Source: a virus (Duplodnaviria > Heunggongvirae > Uroviricota > Caudoviricetes). Taken from it: 64,000 nt of DNA. A program made the position numbers and the translations under genes. The notes beneath the pieces are model-generated. The model did not search any database, had not been told where the DNA came from, and saw only the letters and a program-made list of their open reading frames with translations. The DNA lies in IMG/VR virus record IMGVR_UViG_2706795421_000001, positions 22,247-86,246 of that record; one strand, given 5' to 3'. Shown one piece after another: positions 45,054 through 54,507 of this stretch (positions within the stretch are counted from its first letter, which is position 1; every line of letters starts with the position of its first letter).

Positions 45054-45265
45054 CCAAGCGGTGTATGTTCAGGCAGGATGATTCCTGCCACTGGTACCTG
45101 GTCCCGGAAGAAGAGTGCAAGCGGTTCGATGAGCTGTGTGCCTTGATTACCGGGGAATTAGAGCAGGACTCGGAAGAGTGGTTCGACACCATCTGCGAGT
45201 TCGACAACAGCTATGGCCACCTCCGCTGTGGTCACCCGTCCAATTACGTCATCACGGCGCACTAA
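45050..45265 (+). CDS. small Cys/His-rich protein (71 aa)
   Basis: ATGA overlap with the upstream stop. Confidence 0.4.
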   Translation: MTKRCMFRQDDSCHWYLVPEEECKRFDELCALITGELEQDSEEWFDTICEFDNSYGHLRCGHPSNYVITAH

Positions 45266-45274
45266 GGAGATTTC

Positions 45275-46192
45275 ATGAAACCGTGGCACAATACCGCTCT
45301 AGAACTGGCAGCAGCCGGGAAGTCCTGGCGTCAGATTGCCGTGGAGCTGGGCATGGCCAAGTCCACTGTGAGCGACTTCCTTCGAACTCAAAATATCACC
45401 TGCAACAAACCGATGCCCAAAGTGCTGATCCTCGATATTGAGACGGCCCCAGCTATCGGCTACTACTGGAGCCGCTGGAAGACCACAGTGGGCCAGAACC
45501 AGGTTCTGCAAGAGGGTTACTTGCTCACCTTCTCGGCCAAGTGGCTGGGCAGTGATGATATTCTGGAGTGTAAGCTCCCTGACTTCGACCTGTACAACAC
45601 CGAGCCGAAGAACGACCGAGAGCTTCTCAAGGTCCTAGTGGGCCTGCTGGAGGAAGCAGACTTCGTAGTGGCCCACAACGGGCGGAAGTTCGACCTGCCG
45701 ACGATCAATGCTCACCTGGTGAAGCACGACATCATGCCTCCCAGCCCGTACAAGATCATCGACACGTGCGACATCGCCAAGAAGGTGTTCAAGTTCCCGA
45801 GCAACTCCTTGAAGTCCCTGGCGATTTTCCTGAAGTGCCAGCACGACAAACTCGACACTGGTGGTTTCGAATTGTGGGCGAGGGTTATGGATGGTGACCC
45901 CGAGGCTTGGGATCACATGATGGAGTACAACGTCTTCGACGTGATTGTCCTGGAAGAGGTTTACTTGAAGCTGCGTGCGTGGTATAATACCCACCCATCG
46001 CTCTCTGCGTTGATCCCTCAGAAGGTCACTCCTCTTTGCCCTGTGTGCTGTTCGGACGATCTTCGTCCCACTGGCAAGCTGTACTATACCGCAGTGTCGG
46101 CCTTCGAGGTTCTCCGCTGCCATAGCTGTGGGAAGCACTCCCGCACACGTCAGAACGTCCTGGACCGGGAACACCTGGTAGTCGGCATCTGA
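45275..46192 (+). CDS. HTH-domain + DEDD(h/y) 3'-5' exonuclease (DnaQ/RNase T-like) + C-terminal Zn-ribbon fusion protein
   Basis: HTH GKSWRQIAVELGMAKSTVSDFL. Exo I VLILDIETAP, Exo II VVAHNGRKFDLP, Exo III EYNVFDVIVLEEVY. CPVCC...CHSCGKH zinc ribbon. A terminator follows. Confidence 0.55.
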   Translation: MKPWHNTALELAAAGKSWRQIAVELGMAKSTVSDFLRTQNITCNKPMPKVLILDIETAPAIGYYWSRWKTTVGQNQVLQEGYLLTFSAKWLGSDDILECKLPDFDLYNTEPKNDRELLKVLVGLLEEADFVVAHNGRKFDLPTINAHLVKHDIMPPSPYKIIDTCDIAKKVFKFPSNSLKSLAIFLKCQHDKLDTGGFELWARVMDGDPEAWDHMMEYNVFDVIVLEEVYLKLRAWYNTHPSLSALIPQKVTPLCPVCCSDDLRPTGKLYYTAVSAFEVLRCHSCGKHSRTRQNVLDREHLVVGI

Positions 46193-46195
46193 CAC

Positions 46196-46224
46196 AAAGC
46201 CCACCTTCGGGTGGGCTCTTTCAT
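46196..46224 (+). terminator. rho-independent terminator
   Basis: AAAGCCCACCTTCGGGTGGGCTCTTTCAT. Confidence 0.65.
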
Positions 46225-46245
46225 ATCTACAAGGAGAATTCACGC

Positions 46246-46470
46246 ATGATCATGAGCGACCTGCTCGACGCCCCAGAGAAGCCTGAGACCACTGAGATGG
46301 AAGTGTCCATCGATCAGGAGTTGGGCGCTGACCTGCTGATGTGGTTGGAAAAGAACTACCCTGACACCCCGATGATCACTGTGTACGTGACCCTGCTGGC
46401 TGCCACGCAGATGATTGCCGAGACTATGAAGGTGGCTTCCACCTCCCTGGACGAAGGAGTGAAACTGTGA
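46246..46470 (+). CDS. hypothetical protein (74 aa)
   Basis: AAGGAG RBS. Confidence 0.4.
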   Translation: MIMSDLLDAPEKPETTEMEVSIDQELGADLLMWLEKNYPDTPMITVYVTLLAATQMIAETMKVASTSLDEGVKL

Positions 46471-46880
46471 AACTGGGACCATCTGTAATGATCACTGCCA
46501 GCGAGTACGTCGCTTCCAAGGAGGCGGCAGAGATGTTCAAAACCATTGGGAGTCCGACTGGATGGGTAAACCCTGTAGCTCCCGCCGAAGATGAAGGGGA
46601 ACACACAGGAGGTTCTTCCAGCTACTACCAGGTGGAGGTGCGTAATCCCACCTCTGGCGGGGAACCGTACATCGGCGAGTGCAACGATTTTATCGAAGCA
46701 CTGGACATGACCTTCGCCGAGGCGAACGTGTTCAAGGCAATCTGGCGAAAAGCAGCCGAGCGTACCCTGGGCAAGAAAAAGAAAGGCAACAACGCTGTCT
46801 ATGACGCAGAGAAGATGGTATTCTTCTCTCAACGGGAGCTGATCCAGACCCGTGCCAAAGCAGCTATGAAGAAGGAGTAA
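46467..46880 (+). CDS. DUF3310-like phage protein
   Basis: GTGA overlap with the upstream stop. The SSYYQVEV...GECNDFIEAL...FAEANVFKAIWR pattern is recalled from the DUF3310 family. Confidence 0.4.
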   Translation: MKLGPSVMITASEYVASKEAAEMFKTIGSPTGWVNPVAPAEDEGEHTGGSSSYYQVEVRNPTSGGEPYIGECNDFIEALDMTFAEANVFKAIWRKAAERTLGKKKKGNNAVYDAEKMVFFSQRELIQTRAKAAMKKE

Positions 46881-46883
46881 CCA

Positions 46884-47783
46884 ATGAAAGCGAGCGTGAT
46901 CGCCAAAAGCATTTCCTACCCAGGTACGTCCCCGTTCCCGGTAACAATCACCACCTTCGAGCTGGAGTATCCCCGGTTCATCCACGCCGAGCTGATGACG
47001 CACCACGCTCTCTTCAAGAACTGTGCTTCCAGTCGGGCTATCCCCACCAAGAAGCTTATCGAGCAGGTGAGGAATAACCCGGCAATGCCAGTCCACTGGG
47101 GTGCTAACCAGGCTGGTATGCAGGCTCACAAGGAGCTTTCCAAACCTCTTCAAGTGGCAGCCAAGTACCTCTGGATCAAAGCTGCCAAGGCAGCCGCTGG
47201 GATGGCCCTGGCTATGCACAAGGTTGGCCTGCACAAGCAGATTGTCAACCGGGTGCTAGAACCCTTCCAGATGATGAAAACGGTAGTGACTGCCACCGAG
47301 TGGGAAAACTTCTACTGGCTCCGTGACCATGAAGACGCTCAGCCGGAGTTTCAGCACCTGGCTCGAATGATGAAGGAAGCCACTGCCAAGGTGGCCCCTG
47401 AGTTACTGGTCCCTGGACAATGGCACGTTCCCTACGTGAAAACGGAGTTCATCCCCGGCCTGGGCCGGCAATACTACGATGAAAACGGGAACAGCATCTC
47501 GGTAGAACAGGCCTTGAAGCTCTCTGCAAGTTGCTGTGCTCAGACCAGCTATCGGGCGACCGATAAGAGCCAAGACAAGGCTGAAGTGATCTTCGACAAG
47601 CTGATCAACAGCGAGCCAGTACATGCCAGTCCTACCGAGCACCAGGCCACCCCCATGCGCCCAGGCGGTGGCTGGGAGAAGGGTGTGACCCACCAGGATC
47701 GTGCTGGCTTCTTCTGGTCCTCCGGCCTGAAAGGTTGGATTCAACATCGTCAACTAATTCCGAACAACTGCAAGAAGGGGTAA
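46884..47783 (+). CDS. ThyX-like (flavin-dependent thymidylate synthase-like) protein with non-canonical THH in place of the RHR motif
   Basis: AAGGAG RBS. LMTHHALFKNCASSRAIP aligns with the ThyX RHRxxxxxxxSxR signature. VVTATEWENFYWLRDHEDA aligns with the ThyX VVTGNYRAWRHF region. Sits in the nucleotide-metabolism block. Confidence 0.45.
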   Translation: MKASVIAKSISYPGTSPFPVTITTFELEYPRFIHAELMTHHALFKNCASSRAIPTKKLIEQVRNNPAMPVHWGANQAGMQAHKELSKPLQVAAKYLWIKAAKAAAGMALAMHKVGLHKQIVNRVLEPFQMMKTVVTATEWENFYWLRDHEDAQPEFQHLARMMKEATAKVAPELLVPGQWHVPYVKTEFIPGLGRQYYDENGNSISVEQALKLSASCCAQTSYRATDKSQDKAEVIFDKLINSEPVHASPTEHQATPMRPGGGWEKGVTHQDRAGFFWSSGLKGWIQHRQLIPNNCKKG

Positions 47784-47786
47784 GCT

Positions 47787-48161
47787 GTGAGTCAAGGTAA
47801 GGTCGAGTTTTCGCTGTCCGTGTCGGACCTGCGACTGGTAACTGGTTTCAAGGAAGCGTTCGCCGCCTACCAGGCAGGTAACTCCAAGGTATTGGCAGCC
47901 CTGCTGTACAGGAACGGCATGGACACCACACAACCCTACGAAGTGGTTCACCGGGAACACCGGAACCTCCGTGGGCAACACATCTCCGGCGAACGTTTCG
48001 AAGGCTATGAGCGCCTGGACGAGAGCTGGATCAAAAAGGGGGCGCCGAGTGAAGAGGCAATCATCGCCTCTGCCAAGGACGGTAGCCTCCGTGACGAGCT
48101 GATCCATATGGGTCGGCGACTAAACCCTGCACAGGCTATGGTGGATTTCCTGAATGAGTGA
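47787..48161 (+). CDS. hypothetical protein (124 aa, GTG start)
   Basis: Lies between the ThyX-like gene and nrdA. Confidence 0.4.
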   Translation: MSQGKVEFSLSVSDLRLVTGFKEAFAAYQAGNSKVLAALLYRNGMDTTQPYEVVHREHRNLRGQHISGERFEGYERLDESWIKKGAPSEEAIIASAKDGSLRDELIHMGRRLNPAQAMVDFLNE

Positions 48162-50010
48162 GAGTGTTCAGCCGTACAACGGCATTCTGATTGATTATTC
48201 CCTGGACCGGACGATCCCGGAACAAGGATTGGCGATGCTCACCTCGGACGGCTTCTACAAGAAGGAACACGAGACTTCGCCTCAACAAACGCTGTCACGA
48301 GCAGCGGTAAGCTATTGCTTCGGTGACTACGATTTTGCTCAGCGGATGTATGGCTACTTCAGCCGGCAGTGGGCAGTACCCGCAAGCCCGGTACAGACCA
48401 ACGCCCTGGACATTGAGTGGCCCAATTTCACCGAAGAACAGTTCGACGAAGCAGGGGATTGGCTGCAAGAGAGCATCGACACCAACGGGATGCCCATCAG
48501 TTGCTTCCTGTCGATGATCGCGGACAGCCGTAAAGGCCTCACAACGGCCTCTGGTGAGGCGAAAGAGTTGAGCATGGCTGGTGGTGGGGTCGGCGTCTAC
48601 GCAGGCATCAGGGCCCCGGACGAGCTGTCTACGGGCGTCATTGAGCATGCTGGGGACTACGATGTCATGTGCCGTGCTTACCGTCAGACCCGTACTCGTC
48701 GTGGCAGCATGGCCATGTACCTGGACGTGGCTCACCCCGAGTTCCCTGTGTTCCTTCAGATGCGGAACCCGGTAGGCGGTGACCCGAAGCTGAAGCGCTT
48801 CAACCTGAACAACGGTGCTAACATCCCGGACGCCTTCATGGAGGCTGTCATCAAGGGTGAGGATTGGGAGTTCGTTGATCCCAAGCATGGTAAGACTGGG
48901 CGTAAGGTTCCGGCACGTGAGTTGTGGGAAGAGATGCTACAGGTCCGAAAGGATACCGGGGAACCGTTCATGTTGTTCGTGGACACGGTAAACCGTAACC
49001 TGCCGGAGTGCATCACTCATCCCCTGTACCGGGTACGCCAGAGCAACCTGTGCTCTGAAATCACCCTGTACACCAGCTTCAAGCGTACTGCGGTGTGCTG
49101 CCTGTCGAGTGTGAACCTGGGCACCTACGATGAGTGGAAGGACGATCCCCTGTTCATCGCAGATATGGTCCGGTTCCTGGACAACGTGTTGGAGTTCTTC
49201 ATCCGGCTGGCACCTCCGAGCATGCACCGAGCAGTACACTCTGCTTCGAAGGAGCGTGCCATCGGTTTGGGTACCATGGGCTTCCATACTCTGCTCCAAC
49301 AGCGTATGATCCCGTTCGAGTCTGGCGGTATGGGCGGCATGCAGCAGCTCAACTACCAGGTCTACAAGCAAATCAAGGAGCAGGCCGTACAGGCCAGCCT
49401 GGAGCTGGGACGCTCCCGAGGAGAGGCCCCCGACTGTCAAGGTAGCGGGCGTCGGAACAGCCACTTGCTGGCGATTGCTCCTAATGCCAACAGCTCCAGT
49501 TTGGTCAACGTGTCTCCGTCCACTGAGCCATGGGCTGGTAACTGCTTCAACGCTCAAGGTCGGGCAGGTAGCTTCCTGATCAAAAACGAATACCTCCGGC
49601 GAGAGCTGGAAAAAGTCGGCCTGGACACCAAGGAAACCTGGCGTTCGATCAACGATGCTGAAGGCTCTTGCCAGCACATCGAAGGGTTGAGCGATGAGGT
49701 GAAAGCGGTGTTCAAGACGATCCGGGAGATTAGCCCAATGTGGCTGATTGAGGCAGCAGCAGGGCGTCAACCCTTCATCTGCCAGTCTCAGTCGGTCAAC
49801 TTGTACGTTCACCCGGACATCACGCTGCAAGAGATGTCGGACATCCACATCTACGCGTGGCACAAGGGGCTGAAGAGCCTCTACTACTGCCGCTCCAAGG
49901 CGGCGAAGAGCATGAAGGTTGGTACCGGGGGCGCTGAGCCTCTGAATGCCCTCCCAGTGCGATACACAATCTCCCTGGACGAGGACACTTGCCTGTCCTG
50001 CCAAGGGTAA
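48154..50010 (+). CDS. nrdA: ribonucleotide reductase large subunit (class I-like, no ATP cone)
   Basis: 618 aa. Active-site NLCSEITL. C-terminal Cys pair CLSCQG. Paired with the R2 subunit downstream. Confidence 0.75.
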   Translation: MSESVQPYNGILIDYSLDRTIPEQGLAMLTSDGFYKKEHETSPQQTLSRAAVSYCFGDYDFAQRMYGYFSRQWAVPASPVQTNALDIEWPNFTEEQFDEAGDWLQESIDTNGMPISCFLSMIADSRKGLTTASGEAKELSMAGGGVGVYAGIRAPDELSTGVIEHAGDYDVMCRAYRQTRTRRGSMAMYLDVAHPEFPVFLQMRNPVGGDPKLKRFNLNNGANIPDAFMEAVIKGEDWEFVDPKHGKTGRKVPARELWEEMLQVRKDTGEPFMLFVDTVNRNLPECITHPLYRVRQSNLCSEITLYTSFKRTAVCCLSSVNLGTYDEWKDDPLFIADMVRFLDNVLEFFIRLAPPSMHRAVHSASKERAIGLGTMGFHTLLQQRMIPFESGGMGGMQQLNYQVYKQIKEQAVQASLELGRSRGEAPDCQGSGRRNSHLLAIAPNANSSSLVNVSPSTEPWAGNCFNAQGRAGSFLIKNEYLRRELEKVGLDTKETWRSINDAEGSCQHIEGLSDEVKAVFKTIREISPMWLIEAAAGRQPFICQSQSVNLYVHPDITLQEMSDIHIYAWHKGLKSLYYCRSKAAKSMKVGTGGAEPLNALPVRYTISLDEDTCLSCQG

Positions 50011-50019
50011 GGAGCACAC

Positions 50020-50385
50020 ATGGCGTTAACCGTGGAAAGCTGTCTGGCGTTGCAATACAAGTACGTCAACTTCAGTTATCCGATCACGATGAACGAAGAC
50101 ATGATGTTCGTGGTGCCAATTCCACCATACAACACCTACTTCCTCATCGACGCAATGGACCATTCCTCCACTCACGGAGGGTCCCAACTCAAGCTGCTGA
50201 TCGCTGGTTGGTTCCTCTTCCCTCCGTCGAACACCTATGAGTGGAACATCATGGGCGTTGCCGAGGCTGAAAAGAACGAACTGTTCATCCCCCACGAGGT
50301 GGAAGAGGCAGACATCATCCTCAACCCGATGCAACCCCCGCCAGAAGGCCAGCTATGGCCGCATGAAATCTGGACCGGGCAGTAA
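50020..50385 (+). CDS. hypothetical protein (121 aa)
   Basis: AAGGAG RBS. A terminator follows. Confidence 0.4.
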   Translation: MALTVESCLALQYKYVNFSYPITMNEDMMFVVPIPPYNTYFLIDAMDHSSTHGGSQLKLLIAGWFLFPPSNTYEWNIMGVAEAEKNELFIPHEVEEADIILNPMQPPPEGQLWPHEIWTGQ

Positions 50386-50389
50386 AATA

Positions 50390-50417
50390 GAGGGGCCTTC
50401 GGGCCCCTTCTTTAAAA
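50390..50417 (+). terminator. rho-independent terminator
   Basis: GAGGGGCCTTCGGGCCCCTTCTTTAAAA. Confidence 0.65.
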
Positions 50418-50426
50418 GGAGAGATT

Positions 50427-51446
50427 GTGAGCGTATTTGTTGAAAGCACCAGTTACCGTCCCTTTGTGTACCCCTGGGCAGTCGAGGCAGCTCGTGTCCA
50501 CGCCATCGATATGCACTGGGATGTTCACCAGGCAGACCTGACAGACGACAAACAGCAGTATTTCAGCACCTCTGGTCTGGGCACCAACCAGGTCCCCCAC
50601 GAGAACCATAAGTGGCTGCTGGACAAAACTCTGTCCATGTTCACCGAGATGGACCGGACAGTCGGCGAGGGTTATACCAAGCTCCTCCCGTACATCAAGA
50701 ACAACGAGATTCGAAACTGGCTCATCACTGCGGCTTCTCGTGAGGTGGTTCACCAGCGAGCCTATGCCCTGGCAGCCGAGGAGTTCGGGTTCACCGATGG
50801 CGATTGGAAAGCTTTTGCCTCCTATAAGGAGATGCGAGACAAGCTGGAGGTGATGGGAGAGAACCGTATCGATACAAGTTGGTCCGAGCCCCTTCAAGCT
50901 GCCTGTATCCTGGCCCAGCTTCTGACAGGTGAAGGTGTCGGCCTGTTCGGTGCCTTTACCGTGCTGCTGAACATGAAGCGCTGTGGCAAGCTGATCGGGT
51001 TCAACGACATCAACCAGTGGAGCCTGGCGGATGAGACCGACCACGTGGAGAAGAACATCCGCGTCCTGAAGGCCATGCGTAAGGACCTGACCCCAGAAGA
51101 GAACGCCATCCTGGACCAGGAAATCCGATACCTGATCGAGGACTATCGAGAGGCCGAGGTCAAGTATCTGGTCCTGGCCTTCGAGAAGGGCCCCCAGCAC
51201 GATCTGACCTTCGAGCAGACTGTTGAGTACATCGACTACCTGTGCCGCCTCCGACTGTTCGAATGCGAGCTTCTCAAGGAGCACCAGGTAGGAGAGAACC
51301 CGTTGCCCTGGATGGAGTGGATGATCAACGCTGCCCGGCACGACAACTTCTTCGAGAAGAAGGTGACGGACTACAGCCACTCCAAGCTGAGCGGTGACGT
51401 GGATTACTCCAAGTACAATTTCATGTTGACTAGCCGATCTGGTTGA
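50427..51446 (+). CDS. nrdB: ribonucleotide reductase small subunit (ferritin-like di-iron R2)
   Basis: GTG start after AAGGAGAG. Motifs EVVHQRAY and ADETDHVEKN, the E/H iron ligands. Confidence 0.75.
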   Translation: MSVFVESTSYRPFVYPWAVEAARVHAIDMHWDVHQADLTDDKQQYFSTSGLGTNQVPHENHKWLLDKTLSMFTEMDRTVGEGYTKLLPYIKNNEIRNWLITAASREVVHQRAYALAAEEFGFTDGDWKAFASYKEMRDKLEVMGENRIDTSWSEPLQAACILAQLLTGEGVGLFGAFTVLLNMKRCGKLIGFNDINQWSLADETDHVEKNIRVLKAMRKDLTPEENAILDQEIRYLIEDYREAEVKYLVLAFEKGPQHDLTFEQTVEYIDYLCRLRLFECELLKEHQVGENPLPWMEWMINAARHDNFFEKKVTDYSHSKLSGDVDYSKYNFMLTSRSG

Positions 51447-51454
51447 CCTATCAT

Positions 51455-51491
51455 AGCCCCCACGAGCTGAAGAGCCGTGGGGGCTTTTTCG
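51455..51491 (+). terminator. rho-independent terminator
   Basis: AGCCCCCACGAGCTGAAGAGCCGTGGGGGCTTTTTCG. Confidence 0.65.
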
Positions 51492-51506
51492 TACCTGGAG
51501 GATTTT

Positions 51507-51989
51507 ATGGCATCTCTTTTCATTCTTCGAATTGAAACCGTGTGTGGTAAGGGTATGTATGCCGACGCACTAAGCAGCAGGGTGCAATCCAAGGTTCTCC
51601 AGGCACTGGGATACCCCCGATGGCAGGCTACCGGCCTCTATATCGATCTTTGCATGTGCTTGGATAAGGAAAAGGAGCTACACCCCATCCCGGAGGAAGA
51701 CATCCCTGGGTGGACAGACCTTGCCAAGAATGAAAAAGAGATGCTCACTTATTATTTCGGCTTCAGTTCGTGGGAGCAAGCGCGGGAGTGGGTAGGCTTG
51801 CGTGCTTTCAACGAGATGGGTATGATAGGGGCCAACCTTTGCATTTACGAGATGAAAGAGGAAGATGTCCTGCTGGGAGGGAAACAGGCCGCCTTCAAAA
51901 TGGACAACGCTCTCCGGGTATTGAAGATGCCCATTAACAAGCGTATGCAAGATTTGATATGGGAGGAGATTGAAGGGTATGACGACTAA
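51507..51989 (+). CDS. hypothetical protein (160 aa)
   Basis: GGAGG RBS before the ATG at 51507. Confidence 0.45.
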   Translation: MASLFILRIETVCGKGMYADALSSRVQSKVLQALGYPRWQATGLYIDLCMCLDKEKELHPIPEEDIPGWTDLAKNEKEMLTYYFGFSSWEQAREWVGLRAFNEMGMIGANLCIYEMKEEDVLLGGKQAAFKMDNALRVLKMPINKRMQDLIWEEIEGYDD

Positions 51990-52242
51990 GCTGCTACGTT
52001 TCCAGGCAGAGAGCCCGAAAGGGGAGAAGATCACATTTTCCTTGAACTGGTGGTCAGATGGAAGTACAATCTGGTACCGTATCCAGGCAGATCGGGGAGC
52101 CTCCAGGGCTTTCACCGACATCCCATGCCAACGTGAAGCCATGAAGGACCTGATGGAGGCGAGAGATGTCTGGGTCCGGGAAGGGTTCTTAGACAAGTTC
52201 ACCATGTTTACCACGAAAGGAGGAGTTGGATTCCATGAGTAA
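51970..52242 (+). CDS. hypothetical protein (about 88 aa; alternative ATG at 51979)
   Basis: GGAGG upstream. Overlaps the upstream 3' end. Confidence 0.4.
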   Translation: MKGMTTKLLRFQAESPKGEKITFSLNWWSDGSTIWYRIQADRGASRAFTDIPCQREAMKDLMEARDVWVREGFLDKFTMFTTKGGVGFHE

Positions 52243-52465
52243 AGAAATCGAAGCGTTTGACGTAGCAGGCCGCCGGCTGCATGTGGGCGACCAGGTTGCC
52301 ATCGCCAGCACCGCAGGGAAAGCAACCGAAATGGTGGTCACCACTGTGGAAGCTGTCCGGGCGAAGACCGTGATCCTGAAACATCCAACTGCCTGGGGTG
52401 CTCAAACCTCTCGGCGTCACGCGGCTGTGTGCAAGATTCCCGAACTGGCTGGAAAGGAGGTATAA
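52226..52465 (+). CDS. hypothetical protein (79 aa)
   Basis: AGGAGTTGGA RBS. Confidence 0.4.
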   Translation: MDSMSKEIEAFDVAGRRLHVGDQVAIASTAGKATEMVVTTVEAVRAKTVILKHPTAWGAQTSRRHAAVCKIPELAGKEV

Positions 52466-52466
52466 A

Positions 52467-52700
52467 GTGAACAAGACTATTCGTAAGCAGCTCAACGACC
52501 ACTACGACCGTCAAGGGCTGACGGGCAATCATCGCCGTCTGGCAATGAAGGCTGACCTCCGCCTGGTGGAGAAATACACGGACCCTGACATGGCAGCCTG
52601 GCTGAAGGCTTACCCTGTCGGCCTGGACGGTGCCTTCGTATGGTCGAACACTCCGGAGGGTCATAACTCCTGGTTGGATAAAAAGGTTCCCAACCGTTGA
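52467..52700 (+). CDS. hypothetical protein (77 aa, GTG start)
   Basis: GGAAAGGAGG RBS before the GTG at 52467. Confidence 0.4.
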   Translation: MNKTIRKQLNDHYDRQGLTGNHRRLAMKADLRLVEKYTDPDMAAWLKAYPVGLDGAFVWSNTPEGHNSWLDKKVPNR

Positions 52701-52751
52701 CAGGCTGTACGGGGCCGGGTAAACTGGCCCTATTTCAACCGGGAGGTAAAG

Positions 52752-53306
52752 ATGAACGATCAAAACTACGATTTTCATGCAGAGGGGAAATTCCCCGCCC
52801 ACTGTGACGAACGGGCTGACCGCTTCTTCTCTCGGGTTTTCGTAGGGAAGAGTGTCAAGGGTGCGGATAAGTACGGCTACACCTACAGTTGGAACTCCCG
52901 TCACGCCGACCTTCAACCTACTTCCACCCTTCAACAGCGAGGGTCCCACTCCTGCTCCTTCTGTGGTCGTGCTGCTCTCCCTATCCAGAACAGCGGGGAT
53001 CGGTTTGCCGGGTACGACTACTCCGTCGAGGGGTACACCTGCATCTGCTCCGGCGCCATGGACGAGCTTGACTGGATTGTTCAGGCCCAGAGGATGAAGA
53101 AACGTCACCAGGAGGAAGCGGAAGAGATGTTGCTTCAACGTCCGGTACCTCCAAAAGATGTCCGCCAGGAGCTGACAAAAAATCGTCTGATGAGGTTGCT
53201 TTCTGACGTGGAGAATAGTAACCTTGTCTCCGCAATGAGGCTCCTGGAGATAACCTCCAACCGCCCCTCAGTATGGAACGAAAGCTATGAACACTTGGGC
53301 AGCTAA
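52752..53306 (+). CDS. hypothetical Cys-rich protein (184 aa)
   Basis: GGGAGG RBS. Contains CDER...CSFCGR...CICSG. Confidence 0.45.
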   Translation: MNDQNYDFHAEGKFPAHCDERADRFFSRVFVGKSVKGADKYGYTYSWNSRHADLQPTSTLQQRGSHSCSFCGRAALPIQNSGDRFAGYDYSVEGYTCICSGAMDELDWIVQAQRMKKRHQEEAEEMLLQRPVPPKDVRQELTKNRLMRLLSDVENSNLVSAMRLLEITSNRPSVWNESYEHLGS

Positions 53307-53469
53307 ACGCCAGGAAGAGATGGTCGAGTGCGGGTACTCTTTCAAAAAGCATGACGACGGGTACTGGGAGTGCCGAGACGAAGAAGGCGTCCTGATCGAG
53401 ACTCATCGTCAACTAGGTAAACTGATTTCACTAATGGCCAACTCCCTGGGCATTGATTAGGAGGATTCC

Positions 53470-53790
53470 ATGCAAGACCTTTATCGCCAACACCGTGCCG
53501 CTGTCAAGTCCCTCATCGAAGAGGGGCGAAAGCTGAAGGCCACCTACGTAATGACCCTCTACATGGAGGGTTCCAGCCCGAAGGATGAAGACCCTGCGGT
53601 AGCCCACCTCACGTTGGGTAAAACCTACGATGTTATCACAGACGGCCTGTACAAGGACGGTTCCTTCTACGTGGTGGACGATGAGGGCTGGGATCACCTG
53701 TTTCCCCTGGATATCCTGCCCGAAGAAGATGGATGCCCACGGTTCGATGTGTTCGATCACTTTGTGTTTAATGTGGAGGGTCCTCTCTGA
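53470..53790 (+). CDS. hypothetical protein (106 aa)
   Basis: AGGAGG RBS. Confidence 0.4.
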   Translation: MQDLYRQHRAAVKSLIEEGRKLKATYVMTLYMEGSSPKDEDPAVAHLTLGKTYDVITDGLYKDGSFYVVDDEGWDHLFPLDILPEEDGCPRFDVFDHFVFNVEGPL

Positions 53791-53958
53791 TGTACGAGAT
53801 TCAGTTGATCAACGACTGCAACGGTTGCACTGCTACTCTACAGGTGGCCGATGAAGAGGCCGCTCTGGATTTAATGGAGGAGATGGAGTATGCCTGGACC
53901 CGCTATGGCAGTGATTGGATGCCGTCTTGGTTAGGGTTTAATCCGAAACTCTCTTGAC
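53790..53958 (+). CDS. small ORF (55 aa, CNGC motif)
   Basis: TGATG overlap with the upstream stop. Confidence 0.35.
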
Positions 53959-53980
53959 AACACCGGAGGGCTCTTATACA
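53954..53980 (+). promoter_or_regulatory. sigma70-like promoter (TTGACA-N15/16-TATACA)
   Basis: ttgaca at 53954 and tataca at 53975, upstream of the 54010 gene. Confidence 0.35.
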
Positions 53981-54009
53981 CTGAGCCCTCAACCACCTTT
54001 GGAGGATTT

Positions 54010-54507
54010 ATGAACACTGCTCAAACCGTCGCAGACATCCTGATTCACCTCGCTGACCGTCTGTACACTCAGAAGGGTCGATGCCTCATCGACGGGCGCT
54101 GCAACTATGTAGATGGCCAGGGAAATCACTGTGCTGTTGGGCACCTCCTAAGCTCCCAGTCGTGGGAGTTCGCTTCCAAGTGCCACGGCGGCGTGCCATC
54201 CCTGGAGAACGACTGGGCGCGGCGTAAAGATGGAAGTGTGGAGACTCTCTATGACGAGAAGTTCTTCATCGCAGACATCGGTGTTCGCCGCCGTCTGTTG
54301 GACTCTTTGCAGTTCTACCATGATGAGCCGTCTATGTACTGGACAGTGGCTAAAAGCCCGTCATTCTCAAAGGTAAGCCTCCTGTTGTCTATGGTGGATT
54401 TCCTGAACACTCAAGGCCTGGACTTTGTTGAGCGCCCCCAATCTAGTGTTAAGGGCTTCTGGTCGGAAGCTAAAGGAATTCTTCGCAATCGGGGGTACCA
54501 CGTATGA
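54010..54507 (+). CDS. hypothetical protein (165 aa)
   Basis: GGAGG RBS. Confidence 0.45.
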   Translation: MNTAQTVADILIHLADRLYTQKGRCLIDGRCNYVDGQGNHCAVGHLLSSQSWEFASKCHGGVPSLENDWARRKDGSVETLYDEKFFIADIGVRRRLLDSLQFYHDEPSMYWTVAKSPSFSKVSLLLSMVDFLNTQGLDFVERPQSSVKGFWSEAKGILRNRGYHV

